Source: a virus (lineage: Duplodnaviria > Caudoviricetes). From it: DNA of 64,000 nt. Below are positions 17,725 to 28,533 of this stretch, in pieces. The stretch lies in IMG/VR virus record IMGVR_UViG_3300033485_000007, positions 1 to 64,000 of that record, one strand, 5' to 3'. Both the position numbers and the translations under genes were made by a program. The notes beneath the pieces are model-generated. The model ran no database searches. It was not told the origin of the DNA and saw nothing but the letters and a program-made list of their open reading frames with translations. Positions within the stretch are counted from its first letter, which is position 1, and each line of letters opens with the position of its first letter.

Positions 17725-19224
17725 ATGGCTTCCTCAATTGTCATTCTCGGCTGGACTTCCGACGATAAAGTCCCCGGCGCGTATCGTGAGACGGTATTTG
17801 GTACCGGTCGACTCAGTGTCGGCGCGTACCCCGTCAAGCTGCTGATTACAGGCACCAAGCTCGCGACTGGCTCGGCTGTTGTCGACCAGGACATCGTGCC
17901 TATTTACTCGACCGCAGATGCGAACACGAAGCTCGGCGCAAAGAGCACGGCCAAGCGTCAGGCGAACGGAGCGCTCAATATCCCAGGCGTCAACCTTTAC
18001 GCCGCGCCTCCCGCTGTTGCCGGTGGAGCCGTTGCTGCTACCGCGAGCGTTGTCATCGGCGGAAGCTGGACAACCTCTGGCGCCATCAAGTTCCGAATCG
18101 GCGGCGATTACTTCGAAGTCCCTGTTGGAGCGACTCAGGTCGCCACGGATGCCGGCACAACGTTCCGCACCGAATGCAACGCGCTCCCAGATGGTCTCGT
18201 TACCGCATCCGGTTCAACTGCAACGTCGACGATTACAGCCAACAACCTTGGCACGCAGGGGAATACGGTTCTCGTCTATTGGGACCTCTCCGAGGCTCCA
18301 GTCGGGCTAACCGTCGCTGTTACCGGCGGAACCGCTCTGCATGACCGTCTGGTGCCGCTTTCAGGTGGGACTGGCACCGAGAGCCTGGCTAACGTAATCG
18401 CGCTTCTCAAAGCCGATGTGTACGACTACATCGCGGTCGCTCAGGTCGACGCAACCAACGTTGGGCTCGTCGAAGCTCACATGGGTTCCGAGGCTGGCCC
18501 GACTATCTCGTATCTCGAGCACGCCATCGTTGCCAATACCGGGACGCTTGTCGCGGCTAGCTCTATTTCGCAGACCACGCTCAATGACTATCGGTCGTGC
18601 GTTCTCTGGTACGAAAACAGCGAGACGCACCCGTCGGAGCTCGCTGCTAGCGTCGGCGCTATCCGAGCCGTGACTGAGCCGAGCTCGCCGAATTTCAACT
18701 ACGACGACTACCCGGTCCCTGGCGCAATCCCTCAGGTTTACGCCGCGGACAAGGCTCTCCATGCGACTCTCAAGTCGGCACTCAATAGCGGGCTTACGCC
18801 ACTGACCGAAAAGAACGGCGTGGTCACAATCGTTCGCGGAATCGTCTCGCACTGCCTAAACGGTTCGTCTCCCGACTACCGTTGCCTCGACTGGGGAGAC
18901 GCAATCGTTCCCGACCGAATCAGTAAAGAGCTCGGCGCGGAGTGGGTCGGAATCTTCAAGCCAGCCAACCCGTACGTCGGACCAGATGCGGTCGGTTCGG
19001 AAGCGGACCCGCCAGAAGGTGTTGGGACGCCTGGACGATGGAAGTCGTCGGTGTACGGAATTCTCAAAGAATCCGAGCGAGCCAACTGGCTCCAGGATGT
19101 TGACGCGAACCTGCCCGATGTCGAGTACGACAACGACCGAGCGGCCCTCGTGTGCGCAGTGCCTGTTGTGGTTCGTAAGCAGCAACACGCCATCGGTATC
19201 AGCGTTCGACAACAGGCCGCGTAA
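17725..19224 (+). CDS. contractile tail sheath (Mu gpL-like)
   Basis: KVPGAY.E..F, L.SGLTPL, TIVR...S, 499 aa. Confidence 0.88.
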   Translation: MASSIVILGWTSDDKVPGAYRETVFGTGRLSVGAYPVKLLITGTKLATGSAVVDQDIVPIYSTADANTKLGAKSTAKRQANGALNIPGVNLYAAPPAVAGGAVAATASVVIGGSWTTSGAIKFRIGGDYFEVPVGATQVATDAGTTFRTECNALPDGLVTASGSTATSTITANNLGTQGNTVLVYWDLSEAPVGLTVAVTGGTALHDRLVPLSGGTGTESLANVIALLKADVYDYIAVAQVDATNVGLVEAHMGSEAGPTISYLEHAIVANTGTLVAASSISQTTLNDYRSCVLWYENSETHPSELAASVGAIRAVTEPSSPNFNYDDYPVPGAIPQVYAADKALHATLKSALNSGLTPLTEKNGVVTIVRGIVSHCLNGSSPDYRCLDWGDAIVPDRISKELGAEWVGIFKPANPYVGPDAVGSEADPPEGVGTPGRWKSSVYGILKESERANWLQDVDANLPDVEYDNDRAALVCAVPVVVRKQQHAIGISVRQQAA

Positions 19225-19232
19225 GGAATCAC

Positions 19233-19616
19233 ATGGCAGACATCATCAAACCAGCCAATATCTACGTCGACGGTAGCAAGGTAGCGACCGCTACCAGTAT
19301 CGAGACGACGATTGACGCGCCTGGCGAGCTACAGATTACAGCCGAGGGCGTCATCGGTCGCGCCCAGGGTGTTGCAACGAGCAAGATCACGCTCAACACC
19401 ATCACCACGTTCGGCGGAAAGTCCAACACGCAAAAGTTGCTCACCGCGATGCTCAACAACACGCCAATTAAGATCACGATTGGTGTTCAAGACGGCAAGA
19501 TTCGTGAGTACAAAGAAATGTACTGTCACTCGGAAAAGTTCAGCTCCGACTTTGCTACCGGCAAAGCAACGGGGTCGTACGACTTCGAGGGTGGCAAACC
19601 AACCCTAACCGGGTAA
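19233..19616 (+). CDS. tail tube protein
   Basis: 127-aa beta protein directly after sheath. Confidence 0.75.
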   Translation: MADIIKPANIYVDGSKVATATSIETTIDAPGELQITAEGVIGRAQGVATSKITLNTITTFGGKSNTQKLLTAMLNNTPIKITIGVQDGKIREYKEMYCHSEKFSSDFATGKATGSYDFEGGKPTLTG

Positions 19617-19728
19617 GACTCCTGCTGGGACTGGCTTCGATTGGACGCCATAAGATGACGCGCGCTTCGTCGTCACCAATCACCTACCTGACCGCCGCTG
19701 ACGGTCGCCTCTTCAAAAAGGTAATGTC

Positions 19729-20418
19729 ATGCGGTTTAATCAGATTCCGGAACATCTCACCAGTGGCTTTCGTGCGCTCAAGATCATTGAGCTCCCGTTG
19801 ACCACGCAGCCCCACGGCATCCAGGCAGACACGCCTGAGCAGCAAGAGGCAAGAGGTGGGACTGAACCGGTCAAGGTTATGGTGGGTCTTCGCGCTCTCA
19901 CTCCGGGTGAGCGCGCGGACGTGCTAGCCTCTGCTCACGCTTATGCGGTGAGAAAGGGTGCTAGTGGGGACGTGGAGCAAGGCGCTGGATACAGCCAAGC
20001 ATTGGCGGTCTACACAGTTGCAGCGGCCACGATCGATCCGGACTCGGACCGTCGTCGGCCGCTTCTTTTTTTTGGCGATACTCTAGAGGATGCGGCAAAC
20101 ACGATCCGCTCTTCGCCATTGATGACGGACGATATAGTCCTGTACCTGCGCGAAAGACAGGAATCCTGGCAAGATGAAGTGAACCCACAGGCTCTTACTG
20201 TGAAAGATAGCGAGCTGTACGACATCGCTAGGAAGGCTGCAGAAAGCGCTGATTTTTTGCACTTTATGCGGCCGGCGCTGCTGATAGCCTTAACTCGTAC
20301 TTTGGCGAGTCTGCTGTTAACATCTCTCGAGGACAGCTCTACTATCATCTCTGCCTCTCAAATGGTTGGAGAAAACTCGAGCGAGAGTCCCAAGAAAAAG
20401 CCGAAAAAAAGTGACTAG
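19729..20418 (+). CDS. tail assembly chaperone; probable -1 frameshift at T TTT TTG (20253-20259) giving an alternative product ending 20414
   Basis: Position after tube; both 0 and -1 frames open for ~54 codons after the slippery site. Confidence 0.7.
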   Translation: MRFNQIPEHLTSGFRALKIIELPLTTQPHGIQADTPEQQEARGGTEPVKVMVGLRALTPGERADVLASAHAYAVRKGASGDVEQGAGYSQALAVYTVAAATIDPDSDRRRPLLFFGDTLEDAANTIRSSPLMTDDIVLYLRERQESWQDEVNPQALTVKDSELYDIARKAAESADFLHFMRPALLIALTRTLASLLLTSLEDSSTIISASQMVGENSSESPKKKPKKSD

Positions 20419-20424
20419 CCCCGC

Positions 20425-20928
20425 TCAACCAAGCAGCCCTAACGACTTGTTTGTGACAGCAAACTCGCCATGAAGCTCGATAGCGGAGATGTCGTAAGCG
20501 TGGGCGGCCTCTTCTGGTGTCGAGTAGATGCCAATATACTTTCCATTTCCGTTGACACAGATGTCAGCTTGCCACCTTTTGCTAGCACCGTGCCATGACA
20601 CGCCTTTGAAACCGCTCTTGTTGTCCGTTCGTACGCCGACATTTGTGTTATTCTGGCCCTGCGTGCAGATGCGTAGATTCGATTTCTGGTTGTCTAGCGT
20701 GTTGCGATTCCGGTGGTCAACCTTCTCACCCGGTTTCGCAACCATAATATATCGGTGCATGCTAATCATGTGCCGCTTCTCGCCTTTTTTACGTGGCGAC
20801 ATTCTCGCGGCGTAGTAAGATTTTGCAGACTGGTTCCACATTGCGTACCACTTGTACGCATTCAGCCTCTCGAAATCCTCATCGTCTACGAGAGCAAACT
20901 GTCCCTGGGTTAGCTTGATACGTTTCAC
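20425..20928 (-). mobile_element. HNH-AP2 free-standing homing endonuclease, copy 1
   Basis: VDHRNRNTLDNQKSNLR HNH motif; AP2 SGFKGVSW....W.A.I....G.Y....EAA.AYD; GTG start at 20928. Confidence 0.9.
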
Positions 20929-20934
20929 GCGCGA

Positions 20935-20963
20935 ACCATACCACGCTGCCAGCAAGTCGTCAA
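20935..20963 (-). promoter_or_regulatory. leaderless sigma70 promoter of HNH-AP2 copy 1
   Basis: TTGACG-N17-TATGGT, 6 nt before GTG. Confidence 0.65.
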
Positions 20964-21065
20964 GTCGCGCGCCACTCGGGCTAGATTCAGAATAGATCAG
21001 TCGCGCCCAACATCACGCCTTCGTTGCCATTTGCGCGACTGATCTTCACCTTGAGAATGGATTCT

Positions 21066-21617
21066 ATGTCTGCCTTCTCTCAGTTAACTGAGCACGTCTC
21101 GGTGCCGCCCCGCAAAACAGTCGTTATCCGTGCCGAGCACTGGGCTTCGACTTTCGGTGACGCGCCCGCCAACCCGATCAAAGTGGGCCTTCGTCTCCTG
21201 TCTATCGAAGACCAGGAGACCATCCGCCAGGTCGCGAACAAGGCCGCCCTCGACGCGATTAACGCCGACCTTGACGCCCAGATTGCGGCTCACAACGCCG
21301 TGTTAGTCACGACGGTAGCGCGCGCGATATGCAGTGCGAAAGATGCGCGGCGAGGTCACGACTTCTTCTCGTCACCCGATGATCTCCTTCCCATCGCGTT
21401 AACAGAATCGTCACTAAAGTGGCTATTTGACGAGGTTGAAAAACTAACGGTCGAATGCTCGCCAATCTTTTCCGAGGCTGACGATAACGACGTTGCGGAC
21501 GTCTGTGCGGCCCTTAGCGATGGCGCGTTGAACCGCCTGACCGAATCTGACCCGGTAAAAGCCGCGAGGGTAAGACGGTACTTAGACTTTGTTTTGACAG
21601 AACTTGACGAAACTTAA
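21066..21617 (+). CDS. second tail assembly chaperone-like protein
   Basis: KVGLRLLS matches MVGLRALT of 19729; precedes tape measure. Confidence 0.55.
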   Translation: MSAFSQLTEHVSVPPRKTVVIRAEHWASTFGDAPANPIKVGLRLLSIEDQETIRQVANKAALDAINADLDAQIAAHNAVLVTTVARAICSAKDARRGHDFFSSPDDLLPIALTESSLKWLFDEVEKLTVECSPIFSEADDNDVADVCAALSDGALNRLTESDPVKAARVRRYLDFVLTELDET

Positions 21618-21620
21618 CCC

Positions 21621-23939
21621 ATGGCCAACGATATCGTAGTTAGAGTCGGCGCGGTACTGGACCGCTCATTCGATGTCGTCATGGGCGAGGTCGAAAAGAA
21701 GGCCGAGCGGGCCCGGCGGGCAATTGGGAGAGGGGCAGCGGGGGCACAGTCTCCTATTATCGGGCTTGATAAATCGTCTCTTGATTCATTTAGGAACATC
21801 GAGACGCACGCGAGGCGCCATAGCTCTAAGCTCCGCGCTCTATTACAGGAACAGGTAAAGGCTAACGCCGCCGCTGCCGCACAGCGTGTTATTGATAATC
21901 AGCGCGCCATGGCGGCCGAGGAGCGGGCCGAGCAGGCGCACCAGCTCAGGATTGGTCGCGCGCGTGCACAGTCAGCTGAACGGTCGATGCGAGAGACGGT
22001 CGTCGCCGCAAGAAAAAGAGAGCGAGAAATAGACCGGTTTGCGACGCGCACAAGCCACCGCGCGACGCGATTCTTCTTCCCGCCGCCCGAAGGTGCCTTG
22101 GGCTACGCTAAGCGCACTGCGCTCGATATATCGCGCGGGGCGGGGGTCGACTTTTCGCTCTCGTCTGGCATCGGCAAGGCCCGTGAACGCGAGGCTGCCG
22201 CGGTCGCACTAAGCAACCAAGGGTGGAATCCAGACACCAAGTTCGAGGACAGAATCAGCGCAACCGAGCTTCGGGCCACCGCGAAGGCCCAAGCGGCGCG
22301 TCTTGGCCTCAAGGGCGAGGAAGACGTGATGGCGGCCATGACCAAATTCACCGATGTGACCGGTGATTTGGCGACAGCCAAGGCCGTTATCGGCGACATT
22401 GGGCTTCTGGCTCGTGCTTCGGGCACAAATCTTGAGGAAGCGGCATCGGCTGCGGCGGACATGAGCGCTCAGCTACCCGATTCGATGGACTTGGAGACCC
22501 GTCGGGCCGCGATGCAGAAACTCCTGAACGTTGCGGCGATGGGTGGCAAGCGTGGCGCGGTCGAAATGAAGGACCTTGCGCGCTATATGCCTAAAATTGT
22601 GTCGTCTGCTGGCTCATTTGCTGGTGATCCACAGGACGCAATGGTCAAATTGATGGCCATTTCTCAGGTATCGCGCCGTTATGGCGGAGCGCCGAACGCC
22701 GCTGTGGCATCCACGTCCGTCGCGGCGATGGTTAACACGCTAAAAACCCCTGCTCGCGTCAATCAGTTCAAGGCGCACGGCGTAAACGTCTACGATGAGC
22801 AGGGAAAGCTTCGCGACATACAGGCGATCATCAAAGAATCGATTGTAGCCGCCAAAAACCCGGTCGAATTCAAGAAAATGTGGGCAAACGTGCAGGGCGC
22901 CCGCGCGGTTGAGGGCTTCCGGACGATTTATCAGAAGGCGGGCGGCGGAAAGTCTGGTCTAGAGGCGATCAACGCCGAATTTGCCAAGTTCACCGCGGCC
23001 CTAGACCCCGAAGCTCAGAAAAAGATGCTAGCCGAGGTCACCGGGACCACGGAAGCGACCGCTAACCGATTCCAGCAGAAATTGGACGAGGTTACCGAGC
23101 GTATGGGCAACACTTTGCTTCCGACGCTTGAGAAACTTGCACCAACGGTACTCCAGTTGACCGACGCGTTCGCGAAAGCGGTAGCGTGGGCCACTGAAAA
23201 CCCCGGCAAGGCAATCACCGCGGCAATCGTTGCGTCAATTGCTAGGGCCGGCCTTGAATCTGGAATCCGAATGCTCATCGACCGCGCCGCGACCGCGATG
23301 CTCGGCGGCGGCGCCGGCCAGGTTGCTGGCGGCGTAATTCGCGGAGGGGCTCCCGGTGCAATAGGTCGAGCTGGCTCAGCTGTTGGCGGTGCCCTGTCTG
23401 GTGGCATGGGACCGGTTGCGAATACGATCGGTGTCATCGGTGTCGCAGCGGCATCGTTCACCATCACGAGTGCGATTCTCAACTCGACCAACACTACCGT
23501 TCAGGAGTCACGATTTCGACAAGCCACGTCCGGTAACGACATCGTGTCCAGCTTTCAGAAGCAGTACGCGGAAGCGAAAACCGACGAGGAGCGGGCGGCA
23601 ATAAAGAAGCGAGCCTTGTACAATATCGAACAAGACGAGTCTTCGCGCGGTCCAATGGACAAGTTGTTCGGTAACTCGGACATCTATTTCAAAACGGTTA
23701 AGGCCGTGGAAGACGCCGCTCGTGAATCCGATGCAGCCCGTCAACGCGGCACCGAACAGCAGCAGTATCAGCAGTCCACTGGTCAATCTACGCTCGCTAG
23801 TGACATCTCGATAGCGGTCGCGAAGGAATTGACCGGCGTAATGCAGAAAACGCTGACCGTGCGCGTCACGAATACGGACGAGTTCAAGTTCTCGAACATT
23901 GTCGGAGGCGGGACCAGTGAAGAGCCGCCGAGGTTCTAA
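21621..23939 (+). CDS. tail tape measure protein
   Basis: 772 aa, Ala-rich helical; minor-tail domain (GK.GAVEMKDLA.Y). Confidence 0.85.
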   Translation: MANDIVVRVGAVLDRSFDVVMGEVEKKAERARRAIGRGAAGAQSPIIGLDKSSLDSFRNIETHARRHSSKLRALLQEQVKANAAAAAQRVIDNQRAMAAEERAEQAHQLRIGRARAQSAERSMRETVVAARKREREIDRFATRTSHRATRFFFPPPEGALGYAKRTALDISRGAGVDFSLSSGIGKAREREAAAVALSNQGWNPDTKFEDRISATELRATAKAQAARLGLKGEEDVMAAMTKFTDVTGDLATAKAVIGDIGLLARASGTNLEEAASAAADMSAQLPDSMDLETRRAAMQKLLNVAAMGGKRGAVEMKDLARYMPKIVSSAGSFAGDPQDAMVKLMAISQVSRRYGGAPNAAVASTSVAAMVNTLKTPARVNQFKAHGVNVYDEQGKLRDIQAIIKESIVAAKNPVEFKKMWANVQGARAVEGFRTIYQKAGGGKSGLEAINAEFAKFTAALDPEAQKKMLAEVTGTTEATANRFQQKLDEVTERMGNTLLPTLEKLAPTVLQLTDAFAKAVAWATENPGKAITAAIVASIARAGLESGIRMLIDRAATAMLGGGAGQVAGGVIRGGAPGAIGRAGSAVGGALSGGMGPVANTIGVIGVAAASFTITSAILNSTNTTVQESRFRQATSGNDIVSSFQKQYAEAKTDEERAAIKKRALYNIEQDESSRGPMDKLFGNSDIYFKTVKAVEDAARESDAARQRGTEQQQYQQSTGQSTLASDISIAVAKELTGVMQKTLTVRVTNTDEFKFSNIVGGGTSEEPPRF

Positions 23940-23941
23940 CC

Positions 23942-24841
23942 ATGGCCTACGCAGCATCACGAGTAACCAAAGCGTGCTCTTTCGATGGCGTTCGATTCCC
24001 TGTCCTGTCCTGTCGGGTCAAGGGAGCAATGCGCAATCACGAGCACGTCTACCCGCATAGTCCAGGGGCGGCAATTGAAAAGCTCGGGCGCGACCTCTAC
24101 AAGATAGAGATTGTCCCGTGCTTCCAGGATAATCTAATCCCACCCGAGTACGAGGGGATTTGGCCGCAACGTCTATCGCACTTGCGCGAGAAGTTCGACG
24201 CGGGCAAGACCGCTGACCTCATCCTGCCAACGGTCGGCAAGATGCGCGCGATGGCGACTAGCTGGGAACAGGAATTTAACCCGGCCAAGTCGCTATCGGG
24301 CGAGTCGGTAACATGGCAGTTCGTTGAGGACCAGGAAAATGCGCGACTGCTAGCGGCATCGTTCACATCTTCGAAGGGCCTATCGCAAGCGGTCACGTCC
24401 TTCAAAATTGCCGGCAACTCGCTAAACCCGAAGCCGTCGCTTTGGGACATGGCTGCCGGCGCAATTGATATCGTCCTGTCGTACAAGGGACAAATCGAGC
24501 TGTACTCCGCTCTGGTCGAGTCGAAGCTTCAGTCCGCAATATCGATGTTTGGCTCGCTATCTGACCAGGCCTCGGCTCTATCCGACCCGAGAAACGCATT
24601 CGCACTCGAAGCGTTGACAGAGCTATGGGCACAGACCATGGCGTTTTACAAGGACCAGAAGCAGACTGGACTTGTTTTCAAGTTCAAGAGAACGCCGCGG
24701 GATATGGACATCGGCCAGGTCTCGGTCTGGTTATACGGCGACAGCGAGATGGCGAGCGACCTGCTTTCTCTTAACGCATTCGTTGACCCTTACGCGATTC
24801 CTTACGGAACGAACGTTCGATACTACGAAGTCAAGTTGTAA
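23942..24841 (+). CDS. Mu gp43-like DNA circularization N-terminal domain protein
   Basis: CSFDGVRFPV, HEH.YP, E.LGR motifs; position. Confidence 0.75.
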   Translation: MAYAASRVTKACSFDGVRFPVLSCRVKGAMRNHEHVYPHSPGAAIEKLGRDLYKIEIVPCFQDNLIPPEYEGIWPQRLSHLREKFDAGKTADLILPTVGKMRAMATSWEQEFNPAKSLSGESVTWQFVEDQENARLLAASFTSSKGLSQAVTSFKIAGNSLNPKPSLWDMAAGAIDIVLSYKGQIELYSALVESKLQSAISMFGSLSDQASALSDPRNAFALEALTELWAQTMAFYKDQKQTGLVFKFKRTPRDMDIGQVSVWLYGDSEMASDLLSLNAFVDPYAIPYGTNVRYYEVKL

Positions 24842-26169
24842 TGACCATCGTAAACGCAAATACCGAGCTCGGCAGCGATGACGATATTGTCAAGCTGTAC
24901 ATTAACGGTAGCATAACCAAGTACACGAAATACAACGTGACGCTTGGCATCATGGCGCAACCGTCGACGTTCTCGGTTTCGCTCGGGTCTGGCGATGTGG
25001 CGGGTGAGTTACTCAAAAAGATGACCCCGCGTAGTCTTGTCGAGCTCTACGTGGGGCCGACTCGTGTGCAGTGGGGCATCGTCGAGGACGTGTCCGCGTC
25101 ATCGGGCGGTGGCGCTACCGAGGTAACGCTATCCGGTCGCGACTGGATTACGCCGCTCGTCAAGACCTACGTCCGTGCTGAGAAATCGTTCGGGGTCGCG
25201 ACGTACTACGACCTGACTCGCCAGGTGTTGGACATCTGCGGGCTCGCGGACAGGCCCCTCGACGGCAACAACGACGTTGCAAGGCAGAAGGCGACGCGCT
25301 CCGTCAAGGTCAAGGCCGAGCCCGCTACGGACGTCGTGGAGCAACTGGAGACCAACGCCGTCACGCGCCCTGGTACCAAAATCGTATACAACCGCATCGT
25401 CGCTAAGCTCGGTCAGACCTGGTGGGATTTTCTCAAGAGCCAATACAAGCAGGTCGGTCTCTATCTCTGGGCGACACCAGACGGCGGATTCGTTCTCGCC
25501 AGGCCCACCGCAAAGCAACGTCCGCTTTACTACATCCGCCACGGCAGAGGAATAACACGCGACCAGTGCAACATCACCTCGCTACCCTACCAAAACAAGA
25601 CAAGCGGGCGCCACTCCAAGTGCACCGTTATGTCGCGGGTTGGTGGGAAGAAGGGGCGCGGGCAGGTCTACGGTGATTGGGTAGACGCTGAGATGGTTAG
25701 CTACGGTTTCGCGGACGAAATCGTAATTCACGACAATGACTGCAAGACCGTCGCTGCCTGCGAGTACTTAGCGAAACGCACGCTAGCCGAGGAGCGCCGG
25801 GCCAATTGCTCCATCACCGTCACCGTTAGCGGTCACACGACACCCAGCCTGCTCGATAGCGGGCAGATGGTCGTGTGGATGCCCGACACGATGGTGACAT
25901 TACGGAGCGAGGAATACGGTTTTGAAGACGATTTCTACATCGAGGAAGTGACGTTCTCGCGTGGTCCGCAAACGACTACGACACTCAAGCTAATGCGTAA
26001 ACTCGACCTGATTTACCTCGGCGAGTCCAATCCCGACGACGAGCTGCATAACCAAGACGCAACTCAGCGCGCTAGAGCAGTCGACCTTCGCGTCGGTAGC
26101 TCAGCGGCAACCGACTCCTCTGCCCCTGGTGATATCCCGGTAGGCGAACTTACCCCCATATCGAGCTAG
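24841..26169 (+). CDS. baseplate hub (Mu gp44/gpD-like)
   Basis: TLSGRD....L.D-like, G.T.W.FL, LW.TPDG.FV motifs. Confidence 0.8.
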   Translation: MTIVNANTELGSDDDIVKLYINGSITKYTKYNVTLGIMAQPSTFSVSLGSGDVAGELLKKMTPRSLVELYVGPTRVQWGIVEDVSASSGGGATEVTLSGRDWITPLVKTYVRAEKSFGVATYYDLTRQVLDICGLADRPLDGNNDVARQKATRSVKVKAEPATDVVEQLETNAVTRPGTKIVYNRIVAKLGQTWWDFLKSQYKQVGLYLWATPDGGFVLARPTAKQRPLYYIRHGRGITRDQCNITSLPYQNKTSGRHSKCTVMSRVGGKKGRGQVYGDWVDAEMVSYGFADEIVIHDNDCKTVAACEYLAKRTLAEERRANCSITVTVSGHTTPSLLDSGQMVVWMPDTMVTLRSEEYGFEDDFYIEEVTFSRGPQTTTTLKLMRKLDLIYLGESNPDDELHNQDATQRARAVDLRVGSSAATDSSAPGDIPVGELTPISS

Positions 26170-26172
26170 CTC

Positions 26173-28533
26173 ATGCCCCTAAGCACCACCGAACTTAAGC
26201 AATCTCTCACCACTCTGGCGCAAGCGGCCGTTAAGGGTATCTCTACCGCGACCGGTGGCGCACCCCCTCCCGGTGGCCCACAAGGTGTTTTCGACGTCTC
26301 CAACAACGGCTTAGAGTGGAAGCCGACCGTTCGTGTCATCGCCGGCTCAGGAACGCTCTTCTCTGTCGTTGATGGGGAAGCTACCATCACCGCGGCCAAC
26401 CTAGGCACGGTCGAGTACGCGACACAGGCCATATTCCGCGCGTCGCCAGTACCAGCCGACGGGGCCGTGTTCCGTATCGTGTCGCCACCCGGAGAATATC
26501 GCTACTCGACATCCTCGGGCGCTGGTTGGGCTGATGATGGCGACACGATTCTAAAGCCCGATTCGATTCCACTTGGTTCAAACGGGCGCGCGTTTTCGAC
26601 CCGCGCATCGGAGCACGCAGCAACGTTCACGGCCGCGCGCGCGATGAAGGGGTTGTACGGTCGCGCTAAGCACGTGCATATCGAGAGTCACACGACGTTC
26701 GGTGACGGTGGCGGTGGGGTTTTCGACGTCAAGGCCATCGGGGCTTACGTTGACGACGATGGCACAACGCTCGTCGCGGCCAGCTCGGCTCTGATCCGAC
26801 GGGACATCACCGGAGCTGTCGACCCGCGATGGTTTGGCGCAGACGGTCGATATGTTTCTGGCGCAACACCCGACTCTACTGCGGCATTTATCGCGGCACT
26901 GGCTTATTGCGCGGCCGACCCGAATAATAGACCGCTGCGCATTCGACGCGGAACGTATCTCATTACAGATGAGCTAGATATCGTTTCCCATATGACGATC
27001 AAGGGCGAGGGATACGGGTCTAGAATCTGGTTCAACGCGCCAACGAAAACGCTGTTCACATTCGGTCGACTTGCGGCGTGTTGGGCTGTTACGCTGCGTA
27101 ACTTCGTAATTACCGGCCCAACATCATGCGGTTTTGCCGCTCTTGAGGTTGTTGATTCACTGCTCGATTTCGACATAAAAATCAAAGTGGCCGGCGGTTT
27201 CAGCTACGGATTTTATGGGCAGCAGGTAGGCGGACTTGGCGCGGCTGTTCAGTGGGGGACGCTCCACCTAGGCACGATGTTAAATTGGGGCGGCCCATGC
27301 CCAGGGAATTACATCTACCTCGATGGGTATTTCAACGCGTGTCACATTATCTCCCATACATCCCACGTTCCGGGTATTGCCGTCCACTTAATCGGCGGGA
27401 CACCGGGGACTGGCCATGGGCATTACAGTTCGATCACGGGCACCGCACAAGGCTGCGGACAAGGATTCTTGCTTGATGCTTGCGATGGGACCCGCTTTAT
27501 CGATTGGTATGACGAAGGTAATACTACCAATAGCAAGATTCAAAATTCTTACCGCGTCCGACTGACAAGCGGCGCCGGTGATATAGTCCTGCAAGACACA
27601 GACGGGATCCGCGCCGAATCATGGCTCGGAGTGGTGACCTCAACCGACGGTGTGAATAAGCGCCGTGAAAATGTCTCATCGTGGATGGGGGTCAACCCGG
27701 TAATTCGCGAGAACGCTTCGGAAATTACGCTAGGTGGATATTGGCAGACGACAACGGGTGCCACGGTAAATCCAGCAGCCTTCGCTGTTGACGACCCTCC
27801 AAATCTGTTGTTAAACGGCGACTTTTCCAGGTGGCGATCAGCCGCCGATCAGCAAATTGTAGGATTTACGGGCAACTATAAAGCTACACGTTGCGGAGAT
27901 GGGCAGACCGACACGGCCCGAACATTGCTTTGTGCAAACAGTGCAATCATCGAGAACCCGACAGGGGACGTCACCTACCCGCTTGGTTTATACGGAAACG
28001 TGACCGGCCCGCTCCCGGCTCATTTGATCGGATGCAGTGCGACTGTGCTTTTCAAAGCCAAGGTGATCACAGGTCCGGGATTTGGCTTTGCGCTCTACGA
28101 CACCACGTCCTCGTCGCTAGGAGCGACATCGTACGGGTCCATGCTGTGCGAAGATGGATGGACCGTCCACTCGGCGACGTGTGAAATAACATCGGCGATG
28201 ATCACTAACGGCATCCGGGTTGCTGTTGGCGCGGTAAACGGCTCGCAGATCCGTCTGTCCGAGATGCACGTTTCTATTTCGTCTACTGCGCCGAGATATT
28301 TCACTAGATGCAGCGAGCGCCTTGATAAAAAGGCCCGCCTTGGTCTCAATGGGTTGCTGGATGTTCTGGTAACAGAAGTCCCAGCCGGAGCAAACGATCC
28401 AATATGGTCGCAACCGTGGCAGGTGGGTGATTTCGCCAGACTAGTGACACCAACCGTAGAGGTAACAGGTGTCCGTATTGGGTGGATTCGCTCAACGGCA
28501 TCATGGTTACCGGTTGACATGGGGACGGTATAG
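26173..28533 (+). CDS. tailspike / putative polysaccharide depolymerase
   Basis: DGGGGVF and V.P.WFGADG....DST.AF.AAL motifs of pectate-lyase-like beta-helix spikes; C-terminal LL.NGDFS carbohydrate-binding-like module. Confidence 0.75.
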   Translation: MPLSTTELKQSLTTLAQAAVKGISTATGGAPPPGGPQGVFDVSNNGLEWKPTVRVIAGSGTLFSVVDGEATITAANLGTVEYATQAIFRASPVPADGAVFRIVSPPGEYRYSTSSGAGWADDGDTILKPDSIPLGSNGRAFSTRASEHAATFTAARAMKGLYGRAKHVHIESHTTFGDGGGGVFDVKAIGAYVDDDGTTLVAASSALIRRDITGAVDPRWFGADGRYVSGATPDSTAAFIAALAYCAADPNNRPLRIRRGTYLITDELDIVSHMTIKGEGYGSRIWFNAPTKTLFTFGRLAACWAVTLRNFVITGPTSCGFAALEVVDSLLDFDIKIKVAGGFSYGFYGQQVGGLGAAVQWGTLHLGTMLNWGGPCPGNYIYLDGYFNACHIISHTSHVPGIAVHLIGGTPGTGHGHYSSITGTAQGCGQGFLLDACDGTRFIDWYDEGNTTNSKIQNSYRVRLTSGAGDIVLQDTDGIRAESWLGVVTSTDGVNKRRENVSSWMGVNPVIRENASEITLGGYWQTTTGATVNPAAFAVDDPPNLLLNGDFSRWRSAADQQIVGFTGNYKATRCGDGQTDTARTLLCANSAIIENPTGDVTYPLGLYGNVTGPLPAHLIGCSATVLFKAKVITGPGFGFALYDTTSSSLGATSYGSMLCEDGWTVHSATCEITSAMITNGIRVAVGAVNGSQIRLSEMHVSISSTAPRYFTRCSERLDKKARLGLNGLLDVLVTEVPAGANDPIWSQPWQVGDFARLVTPTVEVTGVRIGWIRSTASWLPVDMGTV

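Noticed and set aside
20062-20075. T8 run (CTT TTT TTT GG) as the chaperone frameshift site
   Set aside because: Its -1 frame ends after ~35 unconvincing codons; the 20253 site fits better.
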